From Gammaproteobacteria bacterium (GTDB taxonomy: Bacteria > Pseudomonadota > Gammaproteobacteria > Ga0077536): DNA of 64,000 nt. The position numbers were made by a program, and so were the translations under genes. The DNA is taken from positions 1,728,001 through 1,792,000 of the forward strand of contig CAXXLL010000002.1 of assembly GCA_963662545.2 (NCBI GenBank). Reading direction: 5' to 3'. The notes beneath the pieces were generated by a model. It worked only from the letters and a program-made list of their open reading frames with translations. It did not search any database and was not told where the DNA came from. This document shows, one piece after another, positions 30,024 to 40,303 of the stretch (within the stretch, counting starts at the first letter, position 1; each line of letters starts with the position of its first letter).

Positions 30024-31187
30024 TCACACGCCCCGCAGCTGCGCATCGATGGCCGCACCGATGTGCTCCTGGGCCTCGTGAACCGCCGCACCGGCATGCC
30101 GGATGTAGCGGTCGGCCATCGCCGTGGTCTTGTGCCCGAGCAGGTCGCGCAGCACATGGGTGCCGACCCCGGCGCGCGCCGCGCTCGTCATCACTGTGCG
30201 GCGCAGGTCGTGCAGGCGCACGTCCGACAGGCCGGCCTCGCGCGTCAGGGCTGCAAAGGCCGCGTGGACCGTCTGATACGTAATGGCCGCGTCGCGTCCG
30301 GTGGTGAACACGTAGCCGTTGATGCGTGGCAGGCCATTAAGCAGCTCGAGCGCCGCCGTGGGCAGGCCGTGCACGCGCCGCCCGGTCTTCGTGTGGGGCA
30401 GCACCACGGCTTTGTGCTCAGTGTCTAAGTGCTCCCAGCGCATCGCCAGCACCTCGCCAATACGCAGACCCGTCAGGGCCGCCAACCGGATCGCCGCCAC
30501 GGCCGCGGGCTTGTCCTTCTCCGCGCGTGCCAGCGCCGCACCGAGTGCCGTCATCTCCGACGGCGTGAGCACCCGGTCGCGTGCTTCCTCACGCGCCCGC
30601 TCGATGCCCCGGGTGGGGTTCGTGTGCTGCGGGCGCAACGCCCAATCCTCGAACAGCCGGAACAGCCGGCTCGTGAACGCCAGCACGCGGTTGCGCTGTA
30701 CCGGGGCGGTCGCCGCGAGCGGCGCCACCATGCGCTCGATGTCGTGGCGCGTGACGTCGGCGATCCGCCGCCTGCCAAGGGCAGGCCGCAGGTGACGGGC
30801 GGCTTGTCGGCGATAACCGTCCACTGTGCCCGGCGCCATGCGGCCCGCTGCCAGCCGCGCCGGCACATATTCGGCGAAGAACCGCTCTAACCCCTCGTTC
30901 ACGGTCAGCGCCGCGCGCGCCTCGCGCCGCCGCGTCAGCAGATCGCTCTCGCCAGCGCGGATCCGCACCCGCTCGGCACCCGCGCGCTTGCGGACTTCTT
31001 CCAAGGAGATCTCGGTCGTTCGGGCCAGCACCACACGATGGCGGCGACCGTTCATGCGATAGTCGAGCACATAGGCTTTGGTGCCCTTCGGCGTGATGCG
31101 GACGCCCAAGCCCTTCACCTCCTGGTCCCACAGGATGCGGGTCTTCGGCTCGGCTCCGGCGTTCCGGATGGTGCGTTCGGTCAGCAT
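30024..31187 (-). CDS. P4-type tyrosine integrase with arm-binding domain
   Basis: LWDQEVKGLGVRIT (DUF4102-like); TGLRIGE, TKTG, HDLRRT, LLGH and RY. Confidence 0.93.
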   Translation of the reverse strand: MLTERTIRNAGAEPKTRILWDQEVKGLGVRITPKGTKAYVLDYRMNGRRHRVVLARTTEISLEEVRKRAGAERVRIRAGESDLLTRRREARAALTVNEGLERFFAEYVPARLAAGRMAPGTVDGYRRQAARHLRPALGRRRIADVTRHDIERMVAPLAATAPVQRNRVLAFTSRLFRLFEDWALRPQHTNPTRGIERAREEARDRVLTPSEMTALGAALARAEKDKPAAVAAIRLAALTGLRIGEVLAMRWEHLDTEHKAVVLPHTKTGRRVHGLPTAALELLNGLPRINGYVFTTGRDAAITYQTVHAAFAALTREAGLSDVRLHDLRRTVMTSAARAGVGTHVLRDLLGHKTTAMADRYIRHAGAAVHEAQEHIGAAIDAQLRGV

Positions 31188-31359
31188 GGCGTGCTCCTGG
31201 TTGAGGGGTGAGGCAGTCCATCTGCGTCACCATTATGTCACCCCAACGCCAAGATACCCGTCGAACGCCCTTGATGCAAGTGGAGGAAAATAGAACAATA
31301 CTATCGAATAATTAACCGTTTATTGAACCGGATGGATTGAGATCGATGGCGGAAAATAG

Positions 31360-32736
31360 TTATATAACTGATTTGCCTTCACCGGCGATGTGGACATCCA
31401 CGTCGACGGTCCCGCCGCGGGCGAAATCGCCGTCGGGCCCATTCAGGAACGACGCCAGCGCCATGTTTTTGATCGTCGCCGTTTTCATGAAGCGCGGCCG
31501 GTCCCGAGAAGCGTCGAGGGTGATCCGGGCGGCGAGCGTTCCGCCTTCCAAGGTAGCGTTGAATTTCTTGATCTCGAGCTTGCCGCGTTTGACGGTGATT
31601 TCACTACGCAGCGTCTCGAGCGCGGCCCGCGCGGTCTGCAGGTGCCCTATGGTGATTTCGGCCTCTGCATCGAACTGCCTGAGAAGGTCGAGTTCTAGCG
31701 GATCGGTCGAGAAAATTCTGTCGCTGGATGTGGAGGCCTCTTCAGCGCCCGCTTCGAGCGCAGAAAGATCGATCAGCTTCGATTCCAGATGCAGCTCGAT
31801 TGCGGGGCGGTCGTCATTCAGGTCGAGGCTTGCGCGACCACCGAGATCGGAAGTTCCCAGCAGCGCCGACAGATCCGTCACTTCGTAACGTTTATCTTCA
31901 CCCGTAATCTCGGCTTTGATTTGAACCGGGCCGATAGCAGGCAGTTCGGCGTGCACGAGATTCGCGAGCGCCGTCGTCGATGGCATGGAGAGCCCGAACT
32001 CGAGCGCGAGTCCGTTCGCGTCCAGCGGTTTTTCGAGCGATCCTTTAACCGTCAGCTCGACATCGCCGGAGGAGATATTGAGATCGAGCTCGTAGGGCTC
32101 GTTGCCGAGCAGCCGCGGCAACGGTGCGAGCGTCCCTGCGATACTGAAAGCAATATCGTTGACCTGCGCATCGAGCCGTACCTCGAGTGGTTGTCCAAAT
32201 CCCGCCGTGCCGATTTCGAGGCTCTCTATAGCGGTGGAGATCGCGTCCGCTTCGTGCGCGCGGAATTCGATCAAAGCGTCCTTGACGATGATCGCCTCCA
32301 GATCGAAGGACGGGAGTTCGCCTTCATCGGGCGGCTCATCGGCGTCGGCGGCGGCCAGCACCCAGTTGCCCTTGCCCTTGCGATCCGTTTCAAGGACCAC
32401 GCGCGCGCCGATCAAAACGATGCGTTTTACATCAATACGTCCGCCTAGCAACGGTAGGAGCTTGATCTGGGCTTCGAAACGCTCGACCGTCGCCATGGTG
32501 TCATGGGCCCCCCAGTCCGCGTTGCCGAACGATACGCCGGCGACCGACAGAGTAGGGATGAATGACGGTCTGAGTCCGATGTCACCTTTGATGTCAAAGC
32601 TGCGCCCGGTCGCTTCTTCGACCGTCGCGACGATCCGGGGTTTGTACTGGTTGACGTCGAGGGTGGCGAGAAAGAAGCCGAGGGCCGCGATCAGCAGGAC
32701 GACGAGCGCGGCCGCGGCGATCAATATTCTTTTCAT
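31360..32736 (-). pseudogene. AsmA-family protein, 3'-truncated at the island edge
   Basis: DVNQYKPRI..TGR N-terminus and GKGNW; stops abruptly at GEGKSVI* in an AT-rich junction. Confidence 0.75.
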
Positions 32737-32898
32737 GAGGCGGTATCCGAAAGCGAGTCTTGTTGGCCGCCAATTATAGGGTGCACGGCGGGCTCGGTGA
32801 CCGTGACCCAGTACAAATCCGGTAGATACCCTCCGGTTTTTTGTCGCCGTGCGGCGAAAGGTGGTGTCTGGCGCCGCGTATCGCGCGAGACGCGAGTG

Positions 32899-34086
32899 TT
32901 AAGGCCCCGCCAGGATCAACGGAACGAACTGCTCTGCGGCGGAGGTGCCCCCGTGAACGCCGTTCAGGTGCGCGTCGTGTTCGCCGGCAACCCGGTCGCG
33001 AATGGTGTAACGGTCGCGCATCTGCAGCGTGTAGTCACCGATCCGGGCGGCGAGTTCCGCATGCGGTTCGCCGAGACCGAACCATCCATCGTCGATCAGC
33101 CGATGACTGGGCAACCACGTTGCGACTTGCGCGAATTCTTGATCAACGTAATTTTCAAACGCCTGCGCCGAACGATGCTGCACGTAGCAGTAAGCGGTGC
33201 GCGGCTCGCCGCAGAGCGGCATAGATAAGGTATCGGCCAGTGCTGGATGGTTCTCCAAATCTATGCGTTCCTCAGCGCCGCTATCGATGAACCCGTGGTC
33301 GGCGGTGATGATCAAAAGCGTACCGCTGTCGTCGCAAACCTCGATGACTGCCGAAAGGGCGGCGTCGATTTCATCAAAATGCGCTTTCACCGCGTCGCTC
33401 GATGGCCCGTGTATATGCGCGAGTCGATCGAGAATCGACCAGTACGCGTAGATATAAACCGCGCTACTTTCGCCGCGGCAATAAGCCTGCAGGCGGTCGA
33501 CAAAGTCCGCGAGCGTCGTATAGGGAATGCGCTCGGCCCCTTGTGCCAGATGCCGGCTGAAATCCGAATCGGCGATCGCCGCGGGTTGCAGTGTCGCCGA
33601 CGGCACCTTGATGCGATCGAAGAAACTCGGGCAATCGAGCAATGATGCGAGGTCGACGCCCGCCCTCGATAAGGGTTTGCGCCCATAGCGCGGCACAAAG
33701 GGTAATACCGCCGTCACCGCGCCCAGCCGGCGAAAATGCATGAACCATCCGGTGAGACCGTGTTGCTGCGGTGCGAGCCCTGTCATGAAGGTGGTGATCG
33801 CGCTCGCCGTGGTCGGCGGATAAACCGACGTCATCGTGTTGCTCGCGAGTTCCCCCAGGCGACTGCCGCAACCCACGTTCCTCAGTAGTTCAGCGCCGAG
33901 ACCGTCGATCACGAGCAGCACCACGCGGCGCGCTGCACCTAGGCGTTCGGGCGGCAGAGCGGCGAGGGGCGGGTAATCCGACGGTGCTGCGCCAAACTTG
34001 TCCCCGATCGAGCGCATCAGGTTGACGATGGAACCGCCGTCGTAATCAGGTTTAACGGGCGTCAGATCGTGTTCGAACGCGGCCAT
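32899..34086 (-). CDS. Alkaline phosphatase superfamily (phosphodiesterase/NPP) protein
   Basis: VIDGLG, PPTT, DRLAH, TADHG and HGG. Confidence 0.88.
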   Translation of the reverse strand: MAAFEHDLTPVKPDYDGGSIVNLMRSIGDKFGAAPSDYPPLAALPPERLGAARRVVLLVIDGLGAELLRNVGCGSRLGELASNTMTSVYPPTTASAITTFMTGLAPQQHGLTGWFMHFRRLGAVTAVLPFVPRYGRKPLSRAGVDLASLLDCPSFFDRIKVPSATLQPAAIADSDFSRHLAQGAERIPYTTLADFVDRLQAYCRGESSAVYIYAYWSILDRLAHIHGPSSDAVKAHFDEIDAALSAVIEVCDDSGTLLIITADHGFIDSGAEERIDLENHPALADTLSMPLCGEPRTAYCYVQHRSAQAFENYVDQEFAQVATWLPSHRLIDDGWFGLGEPHAELAARIGDYTLQMRDRYTIRDRVAGEHDAHLNGVHGGTSAAEQFVPLILAGP

Positions 34087-34139
34087 TACGTGTTACGGAA
34101 ATCCGAAAAATGGACCGGCAGCGGCATAAGAAGGCACTG

Positions 34140-35777
34140 TTAGGAACTACACGACAGCATCGAGCACCCGGCGCGATGACGCGCCCAGTCCGGGCGCTTT
34201 TCGGCGTAAGCGTCTTTACCCGGATGCTCGTCGTATGGACGGCGTAACACGTCTAGTAGATCGTGAACCATCGAGAAATCGCCTTCCTCGACGCGATCGA
34301 TTGCGAGTTGGGCGAGGTAATTCCTGAACACGTATTTGGGGTTGATCGTATCCATGGCGGCGCTGCGCTCATGATCCTCCCGGCCGTCCCGGTTAACGCG
34401 CGCGATGTAGCGGTGCATCCATGCGCTCATCCTCCGCTTGGACTCCTCGGTGCGTTGTGCCGGAGTGTAATAGGCGTTGAGCAGCGGCGCCATCAGCCGC
34501 TGGTCGTCTGCGCTGTCGGGAGTAGCTGATGATGACTCTACTTGTGCGAGGCCGCGGAAGAACAGCGTCATGTCGGTTTCGACCAGCGCCAGCACCTCGA
34601 AGAGTTCGGAGACGAGTTCGCGGTCTGATGTCTCGAATGCGCGCAGACCGAGCTTTTGCGCCATCATACTTTGCCAGCCCGATTCGTAGGTTTCTTCGTA
34701 GATGTGGAGCGAGCGCTCCAAGGGCTTGGCTTCCGCCACCAGCGGGTAGATTGCATTCGCAAGTTGGACAAGATTCCACAGTGCGATCTGAGCTTGCTGG
34801 CCGAACCGGTACCGGCGGCCCTGCGCGTCGGTGGTATTCGGTGTCCAGTCGGGATCGTAGTTCTCGAGCCAGCCGTAGGGACCATAATCGATGGTCAAAC
34901 CGAGGATGGACATGTTGTCCGTATTCATCACTCCATGTACGAAGCCGACCCGCATCCAGTGCACGATCAGGCAAGCGGTTCTGCGGCACACCTCCTCAAA
35001 CCAGTCGACGACCATGCGTTTCGCCGTCGGTCCAGTCGCGCCGGGGCTGAATTCGAGGCCTGGAAAATCTACGGCGATGGTGTAATCGACGAGCCGGCGC
35101 AGCACGTCTGTTTCACCGCGTGCGGCGAAAATCTCAAAGTTGCCAAAGCGCGTAAACGACGGCGCGACACGGCAGACCACCGCGCCAGGCTCGGGTCGTG
35201 GGTTGCCGTCGTAGAACATATCGCGCACGACGTCCTCGCCGGTTAACACGAGGCTCAAGGCGCGGGTGGTCGGCACGCCCAAGTGATGCATCGCTTCGCT
35301 GCATAGAAATTCGCGCAGCGAAGATCGCAATACCGCGAGGCCGTCTGCGCTGCGCGAGTAGGGGGTCGGCCCGGCGCCCTTGAGCTGAAGCGCCCATCGC
35401 TCGCCGCTGCGGTTAACTACCTCCCCCAGGTTGATCGCACGGCCGTCGCCGAGCTGCCCGGCCCAGTGGCCGAACTGGTGGCCGCCGTAGCAGGTCGCAT
35501 AGGGGTCCATCCCGTCGGTGAGGCGGTTGCCCGCGAAAACTTCGGCGAACGCCTGTGTTTCGCAATCTGCGTCCTTAAGATCGAGCAGCGCAGCGACTTC
35601 CGGCGAATAGGCGACCAGTTCGGGCGCTGCGCTTGCAACGGGCACCACGCGCGAATAGCAGGCGGCGCTGACCTGGCGGCGGTAGTTTTCGGGTTCGGGA
35701 TCAGCGGGCAGTTCGCAAACGAAGCGATTGTCGAACTTGAGATTTTCGAGGCCTGGAAATTCGGGTTGCGCGCTCAT
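34140..35777 (-). CDS. selO: Protein adenylyltransferase SelO (YdiU)
   Basis: YGGHQFG..GQLGDGRA, QLKGAGPTPYSR, HGVMNTDN, IDYGP and C-terminal SCSS. Confidence 0.95.
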   Translation of the reverse strand: MSAQPEFPGLENLKFDNRFVCELPADPEPENYRRQVSAACYSRVVPVASAAPELVAYSPEVAALLDLKDADCETQAFAEVFAGNRLTDGMDPYATCYGGHQFGHWAGQLGDGRAINLGEVVNRSGERWALQLKGAGPTPYSRSADGLAVLRSSLREFLCSEAMHHLGVPTTRALSLVLTGEDVVRDMFYDGNPRPEPGAVVCRVAPSFTRFGNFEIFAARGETDVLRRLVDYTIAVDFPGLEFSPGATGPTAKRMVVDWFEEVCRRTACLIVHWMRVGFVHGVMNTDNMSILGLTIDYGPYGWLENYDPDWTPNTTDAQGRRYRFGQQAQIALWNLVQLANAIYPLVAEAKPLERSLHIYEETYESGWQSMMAQKLGLRAFETSDRELVSELFEVLALVETDMTLFFRGLAQVESSSATPDSADDQRLMAPLLNAYYTPAQRTEESKRRMSAWMHRYIARVNRDGREDHERSAAMDTINPKYVFRNYLAQLAIDRVEEGDFSMVHDLLDVLRRPYDEHPGKDAYAEKRPDWARHRAGCSMLSCSS

Positions 35778-35978
35778 GTGTGTGCTGGATGGATCGGATA
35801 GTGTTCCTGAGTGCATTCTAACGCAAGCAGATCCCCGGATAAGGAAACCCATGTAGCCGTGGCAGCCGGATCATCGGTAGCGCGAGAAGCGGCGGCGGCA
35901 TATGGCGAGGCGGTCGCCGACGAATGGAACGGGGCGTACACTAGCCACCCTATCCCGTGTTGAACAAAGGAGTGAGCT

Positions 35979-36527
35979 GTGCCAAGAATTACCGAAATCA
36001 CGAAAGCCGGCGGCGATCCTATCCTCGAAGCGGAATTCGCCTCCGAGCAAGAATTGTTCGGCGGCGTCATCAATCCGAGTAAGGTGCTGGCTCACTGCCC
36101 GCCGATCCTGCGCGCGGCCAAGAAATTTTACGCTTCATTCGAGGAATCGGGCGAGCTGCCCGCGACTTTGCTGGCCTTGGCTTATGTGCGTGTCTCCACG
36201 ATCAACGGCTGCCCCTTCTGAGTCGACATCAATTCGTTCCGTGCGATCGAAGCTACTGATGGCGAAGCGAAGGTCATGGCGCTGCCAAACTGGCGCGAGA
36301 GTGAAGTTTATACTGAGCGCGAGCGCCTGGCGATCGAATATGCAGAGCGCATGACCATCACCGGACAGGAAGTCGACGACGCGTTCTTCGCACAATTGAA
36401 AGCGCACTTTACCGAAGCGCAGATCGTGGAATTGACAGCCGGTATCGCGATGGAAAATTTCCGCAGCAAGTTCAACAGGCCTTTACGGGTCGAAGCCCAG
36501 GGTTTTTGCCCGCTACCGGCGCGATAA
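35979..36527 (+). CDS. AhpD/CMD-family selenoprotein, 182 aa, Sec at UGA 36219-36221 (CPFU)
   Basis: Two in-frame ORFs join through a single TGA in NGCPF*VDIN at the CxxC position; hairpin directly downstream. Confidence 0.85.
36223..36265 (+). promoter_or_regulatory. Putative bacterial SECIS element
   Basis: TCGACATCA/TGATGGCGA lower stem, TTCGTTC/GATCGAA upper stem, CGTGC loop ~19 nt after UGA. Confidence 0.65.
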
Positions 36528-36532
36528 GCCTG

Positions 36533-37387
36533 TTAACGCGACTCCGCGCCAGCCCGTGCGTTTTCGAGTAGCCGGTTGAAGCCCGGGTAATCCGCGGGGG
36601 TAATGACCGTACGCACGGCGCTGTCCCCAAAATTCTTGCCGGTCTCCAGTCGTTCAGCTGCGCCCTCGGCGTCGATGATGCGCGTACCGCCGACGATGTC
36701 GATACCGCGCGCGAACACAGGATCAGGGAAAAACCCGACTGTGGGGCCGATGAGCGCGATGAGCTCGGCATCAGCACAGTATGCGAGCATCTCGTCGAGC
36801 GAATCATTCAAGAGGGTCGCGCCGGTGCAGATTATCTTATTGCAGTCTCTTAACACGCCGGGATCGAGCGTGATGCGGACGCCACTCGTTTCCCCGAGCA
36901 TGTGCTGCTTGCGTTCGACCACATTGACTTCGACGCCGCGTTCCCGCGCCCTGCGCACCAAGGATGGAAAATTCCCGATCATGCCGAGGCGATCATCCGG
37001 TTCGAGGTTCATTCCGCCCATCGAGTCAGGCGCTGCAGCGAGTTCATGTCCGGCCGCGCGGTACACGGCATCGGTCACTGCGTTGATCGCGGCGAGCCCG
37101 ACCGAGCGCTCGGCATCGCTGTTCCCAAGGTAATACCGAGCGAGTTCCAGCGGGGATCGGCGGCGCAGGTCGGCCGGATCAAACCGTTCTGGCATATCGG
37201 ACTGTGATTCGCCTAGCCAGGCGTAATACAGTCCGACCGATCCGTCCTCGAACGACAGTAGGCCGAATTCGGCTTCGCGATCGGGTGCCGGCCGGGGATC
37301 GGCGATCAGGATGCGCCGTATGCGTAGCGGGGGCAGCGCCTCTAGTGCGCGGGCGGCGAGTGCGAACAATTCATTGCGGATACTCAC
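36533..37387 (-). CDS. DUF364 Rossmann-like protein
   Basis: GLAAINA, IGNFPSL, TGATLLN.SLD and IGPT. Confidence 0.8.
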   Translation of the reverse strand: MSIRNELFALAARALEALPPLRIRRILIADPRPAPDREAEFGLLSFEDGSVGLYYAWLGESQSDMPERFDPADLRRRSPLELARYYLGNSDAERSVGLAAINAVTDAVYRAAGHELAAAPDSMGGMNLEPDDRLGMIGNFPSLVRRARERGVEVNVVERKQHMLGETSGVRITLDPGVLRDCNKIICTGATLLNDSLDEMLAYCADAELIALIGPTVGFFPDPVFARGIDIVGGTRIIDAEGAAERLETGKNFGDSAVRTVITPADYPGFNRLLENARAGAESR

Positions 37388-37459
37388 TGATGACGCCGGA
37401 ACAGGGCGAGGTAATTCCGGGTGGGGCGAACCCGCGTCCCGTGCGCCCCTAAGTCCGGG

Positions 37460-37681
37460 TCAGTCGCTGGCACTATCAGTCAGGGTGAAGCCAAGCTTGA
37501 TGGTGAGCTGCCAGTGTTTCACCTTGCCGTCGGTGACGTCGCCGCGAATATTGGTTACCTCGAACCAGCGAATGTTGTTCAACGAGGCGTCGGCCTTAAC
37601 CACCGCCTTGTTCACGGCATCTTCCATGGATTGAGTCGATGTGCCGGTAATTTCAATGATTTTGTATACATGGTCCGTCAT
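37460..37681 (-). CDS. Dodecin (flavin-binding)
   Basis: HVYKIIEITGTS...IRWFEV..RG...HWQLTIKLGFTL. Confidence 0.93.
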   Translation of the reverse strand: MTDHVYKIIEITGTSTQSMEDAVNKAVVKADASLNNIRWFEVTNIRGDVTDGKVKHWQLTIKLGFTLTDSASD

Positions 37682-37807
37682 TTTGGCTGACCTCTTTGTT
37701 TTGCGTTTTTCGAAGGTCCAACTTTACTCCCAATGCCGAGTCGGATCTCACCCGTCCCGGTTTGGCTAAACTCTGAATCGCTGTTCCGAATTACGAGACA
37801 GATTTCA

Positions 37808-37870
37808 ATTCGCCCGCAAAAACGCTCCTACGGCGGCACCCGTACCGTAGGAGCCCGCTTGCGGGCGAAT
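37808..37870. repeat. Inverted pair of GTAG-type REP sequences
   Basis: GTAGGAGCCCGCTTGCGGGCGAAT at 37847-37870 and an inverted variant at 37808-37831. Confidence 0.7.
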
Positions 37871-38061
37871 GACGAATGCTGTTACAAACTACAAAGCGTC
37901 CTGTCATTCGGAACGCCTAATCGCTTGCAAGTGCCGCCCCATACGGGGACTCCACCGTACGGGCGTCGGTTACGTTAGAATCCGATACCGCACACAATTC
38001 GCAGTCGCACCGTACGATGCGTATCGAGTGAAAACGGCTCAAGTATTCAAGGGAGACACCG

Positions 38062-40137
38062 ATGGAGCGACGCCGGGCCTGGCTTTTCAGTCTGTTGATG
38101 ATCATTGGCTTACCGTCTTTGGCGGGCGATACCATCGTTGATGACACAGCGCTTGCCGACGAGGCGCAGGGCGACAACTGGCTGGCCTACGGACGAACGT
38201 ACGCCGAAACACGCTACAGTCCGCTCGATCAGATCAACGAAGACTCGGTAAAACGCTTAGGCGTCGACTGGTATCTCGATCTGCCCGCAGACCACTCTCT
38301 CATCGGTACGCCGCTGGTAGTCGACGGCATTCTTTATTTCACCGGCAGCTTCAGCGTGACGCGCGCCCTCGACGCGCGAACGGGCAAGATTTTGTGGGAA
38401 TACGATCCCAAGTCCATTGAGCACGCCGGCGATCGCTTGCGCATCATGTGGGATTCGAGCCGCGGGCTCGCTTACTGGAAAGGCAAGGTCATCATCGCCA
38501 CCATCGACGGGCGCCTGGTCGCGATCGACGCGAAGACCGGCAATCGGGTGTGGGAAACGATGACGGTCGATCCGAGGCGCGCCTTCTATATCACCGGCGC
38601 ACCGAAGGTGTTTCGCGGCAAGGTCATCATCGGCAACGGCGGCACCGAGCAAGAGGCCGCACGCGGTTACGTCACGGCCTACGATGCCGAAACGGGCAAA
38701 CAGGCGTGGCGCTTTTGGATCGTGCCTGGTAATCCGGCGGACGGCTTCGAGAGCGAAGCGATGGCCATGGCTGCTAAGACCTGGACCGGCGAATGGTGGA
38801 AACATGGCGGCGGCGGCAACGTCTGGAACGGCATTACCTACGATCCGGAATTCAATCAAGTCCTGGTCGGGACGGGCAACGGATCGCCCTGGAATCGTAA
38901 GATCCGCAGCCCCGACGGCGGCGACAATCTCTTCTTGTGCTCGATCGTCGCCCTCGACGCCGACACCGGCGAGTACAAATGGCATTACCAGACCGTGCCC
39001 GGGGAAACCTGGGACTACAATTCCAACATGGACATCGTGCTCGCCGATCTCAAGTACGGCGGGCAGACGATCAAGGCCTTGATGCACGCGCCGAAGAACG
39101 GATTCTTCTATGTCATCAACCGTGCGAACGGCGAACTGCTGTCGGCGGAGAAGATCGGCAAGGTGACCTGGGCGTCGCACGTGGATCTGAAGAGCGGGCG
39201 TCCAGTGGAAATTGCCGGCGCGCGTTACGAAGATGGCGAAGCGCTGGTCTGGCCGAGTCCGTACGGGGTGCACAACTGGCACGCCATGTCCTACAACCCA
39301 AACACCGGTCTGGTATACATTCCGACCATCGAAATGCCCGCGCTGTTCAAGGACACGGGCATCGATCTCAAGTCCTGGAGTTCGCCGCATTTCTATGTCG
39401 GTACCGGCGTCGAATTCGGGCGCGCCGATACCCCGGCCGATTACGGCACGGCGAAGCTCCTCGCCTGGGATCCAATCAAGCAGCAGAAAGTCTGGCAACT
39501 GGACCTGCCGCCGCAATGGAATCCCGGCACCTTGACGACGGCGGGCAATCTCGTTTTCCAGGGCCGCGCCGATGGTGAGTTCGTCGCGTACAACGCCGCT
39601 TCCGGCGCGCGGCTTTGGTCGCTCAAGCTCGGCTCGGGCATCTCCGCGCCGCCGATCACTTATGCGATCGACGGCAAGCAGTACCTGTCCTTACTCGTCG
39701 GATGGGGCGGCGCCGGGTTGATATCGGGAACGCTAGCCGCGCAGCACGGATGGAAATATGGCGTACACCCGCGGCGGCTGTTCACGTTTGCTCTCGATGG
39801 CAAACTTGCGGTACCGCCGTCGCCGCCGCCGGCATTCGCTGAACCGATCGACGTGCCGGACTTCGAGATCGATTCGGAGCTGGCGGAACACGGGCTCGAC
39901 GTCTATGCCGAGTCCTGCTTTCTCTGTCATGGCGGCGGGGCTGTTTCAGGTGGCTATGCCACCGATTTGCGGGAATCGCCGATCGCCTTGTCGCGCGACG
40001 CATTCAGGGAAGTGGTCGTCGATGGCAGCAAACTCGCCAAGGGCATGCCGCGGTTCAGGCAGTTTACAGGCCGGGAGATCGACGGATTGCTCCACTACAT
40101 TCGGCGGGAGGCGCGGAAGGCCGTCGCCGAAAACTGA
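38062..40137 (+). CDS. PQQ-dependent quinohemoprotein alcohol dehydrogenase (type II)
   Basis: Signal peptide; PQQ propeller (RYSPLDQIN, GTGNGSPW, WDY, APKNGFFY); CFLCH heme c. Confidence 0.93.
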   Translation: MERRRAWLFSLLMIIGLPSLAGDTIVDDTALADEAQGDNWLAYGRTYAETRYSPLDQINEDSVKRLGVDWYLDLPADHSLIGTPLVVDGILYFTGSFSVTRALDARTGKILWEYDPKSIEHAGDRLRIMWDSSRGLAYWKGKVIIATIDGRLVAIDAKTGNRVWETMTVDPRRAFYITGAPKVFRGKVIIGNGGTEQEAARGYVTAYDAETGKQAWRFWIVPGNPADGFESEAMAMAAKTWTGEWWKHGGGGNVWNGITYDPEFNQVLVGTGNGSPWNRKIRSPDGGDNLFLCSIVALDADTGEYKWHYQTVPGETWDYNSNMDIVLADLKYGGQTIKALMHAPKNGFFYVINRANGELLSAEKIGKVTWASHVDLKSGRPVEIAGARYEDGEALVWPSPYGVHNWHAMSYNPNTGLVYIPTIEMPALFKDTGIDLKSWSSPHFYVGTGVEFGRADTPADYGTAKLLAWDPIKQQKVWQLDLPPQWNPGTLTTAGNLVFQGRADGEFVAYNAASGARLWSLKLGSGISAPPITYAIDGKQYLSLLVGWGGAGLISGTLAAQHGWKYGVHPRRLFTFALDGKLAVPPSPPPAFAEPIDVPDFEIDSELAEHGLDVYAESCFLCHGGGAVSGGYATDLRESPIALSRDAFREVVVDGSKLAKGMPRFRQFTGREIDGLLHYIRREARKAVAEN

Positions 40138-40303
40138 AAAGCGTTTCAGAATAGGGGACAGGATTTACTTCGCTCACAAGCGGGCGAAGAAGACATTTCG
40201 CCGCATTCAGCAAAACATCCGCTCGTGCGAAATACATTATCCGGGATCGCGGATGATCGGTTGAACATCCGCCGTTTACGCTAAATATTCCGCATTTAAA
40301 ACG

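Larger units (their letters stand above)
22050..31365 (-). mobile_element. Capsid-less satellite-like integrative element
   Basis: int-hyp-DUF932-alpA-primase-helicase-hyp-primpol/VapE-ori, all co-oriented; edge truncates asmA. Confidence 0.75.

Noticed and set aside
31340-31360. tRNA 3'-end att site (ATGGCGGA)
   Set aside because: Match is too short, with no T-loop or cloverleaf.
34140-34160. SelO itself as a selenoprotein
   Set aside because: It ends SCSS-TAA with no in-frame UGA.
38257-39516. 419-aa minus-strand ORF
   Set aside because: Shadow of the PQQ dehydrogenase.
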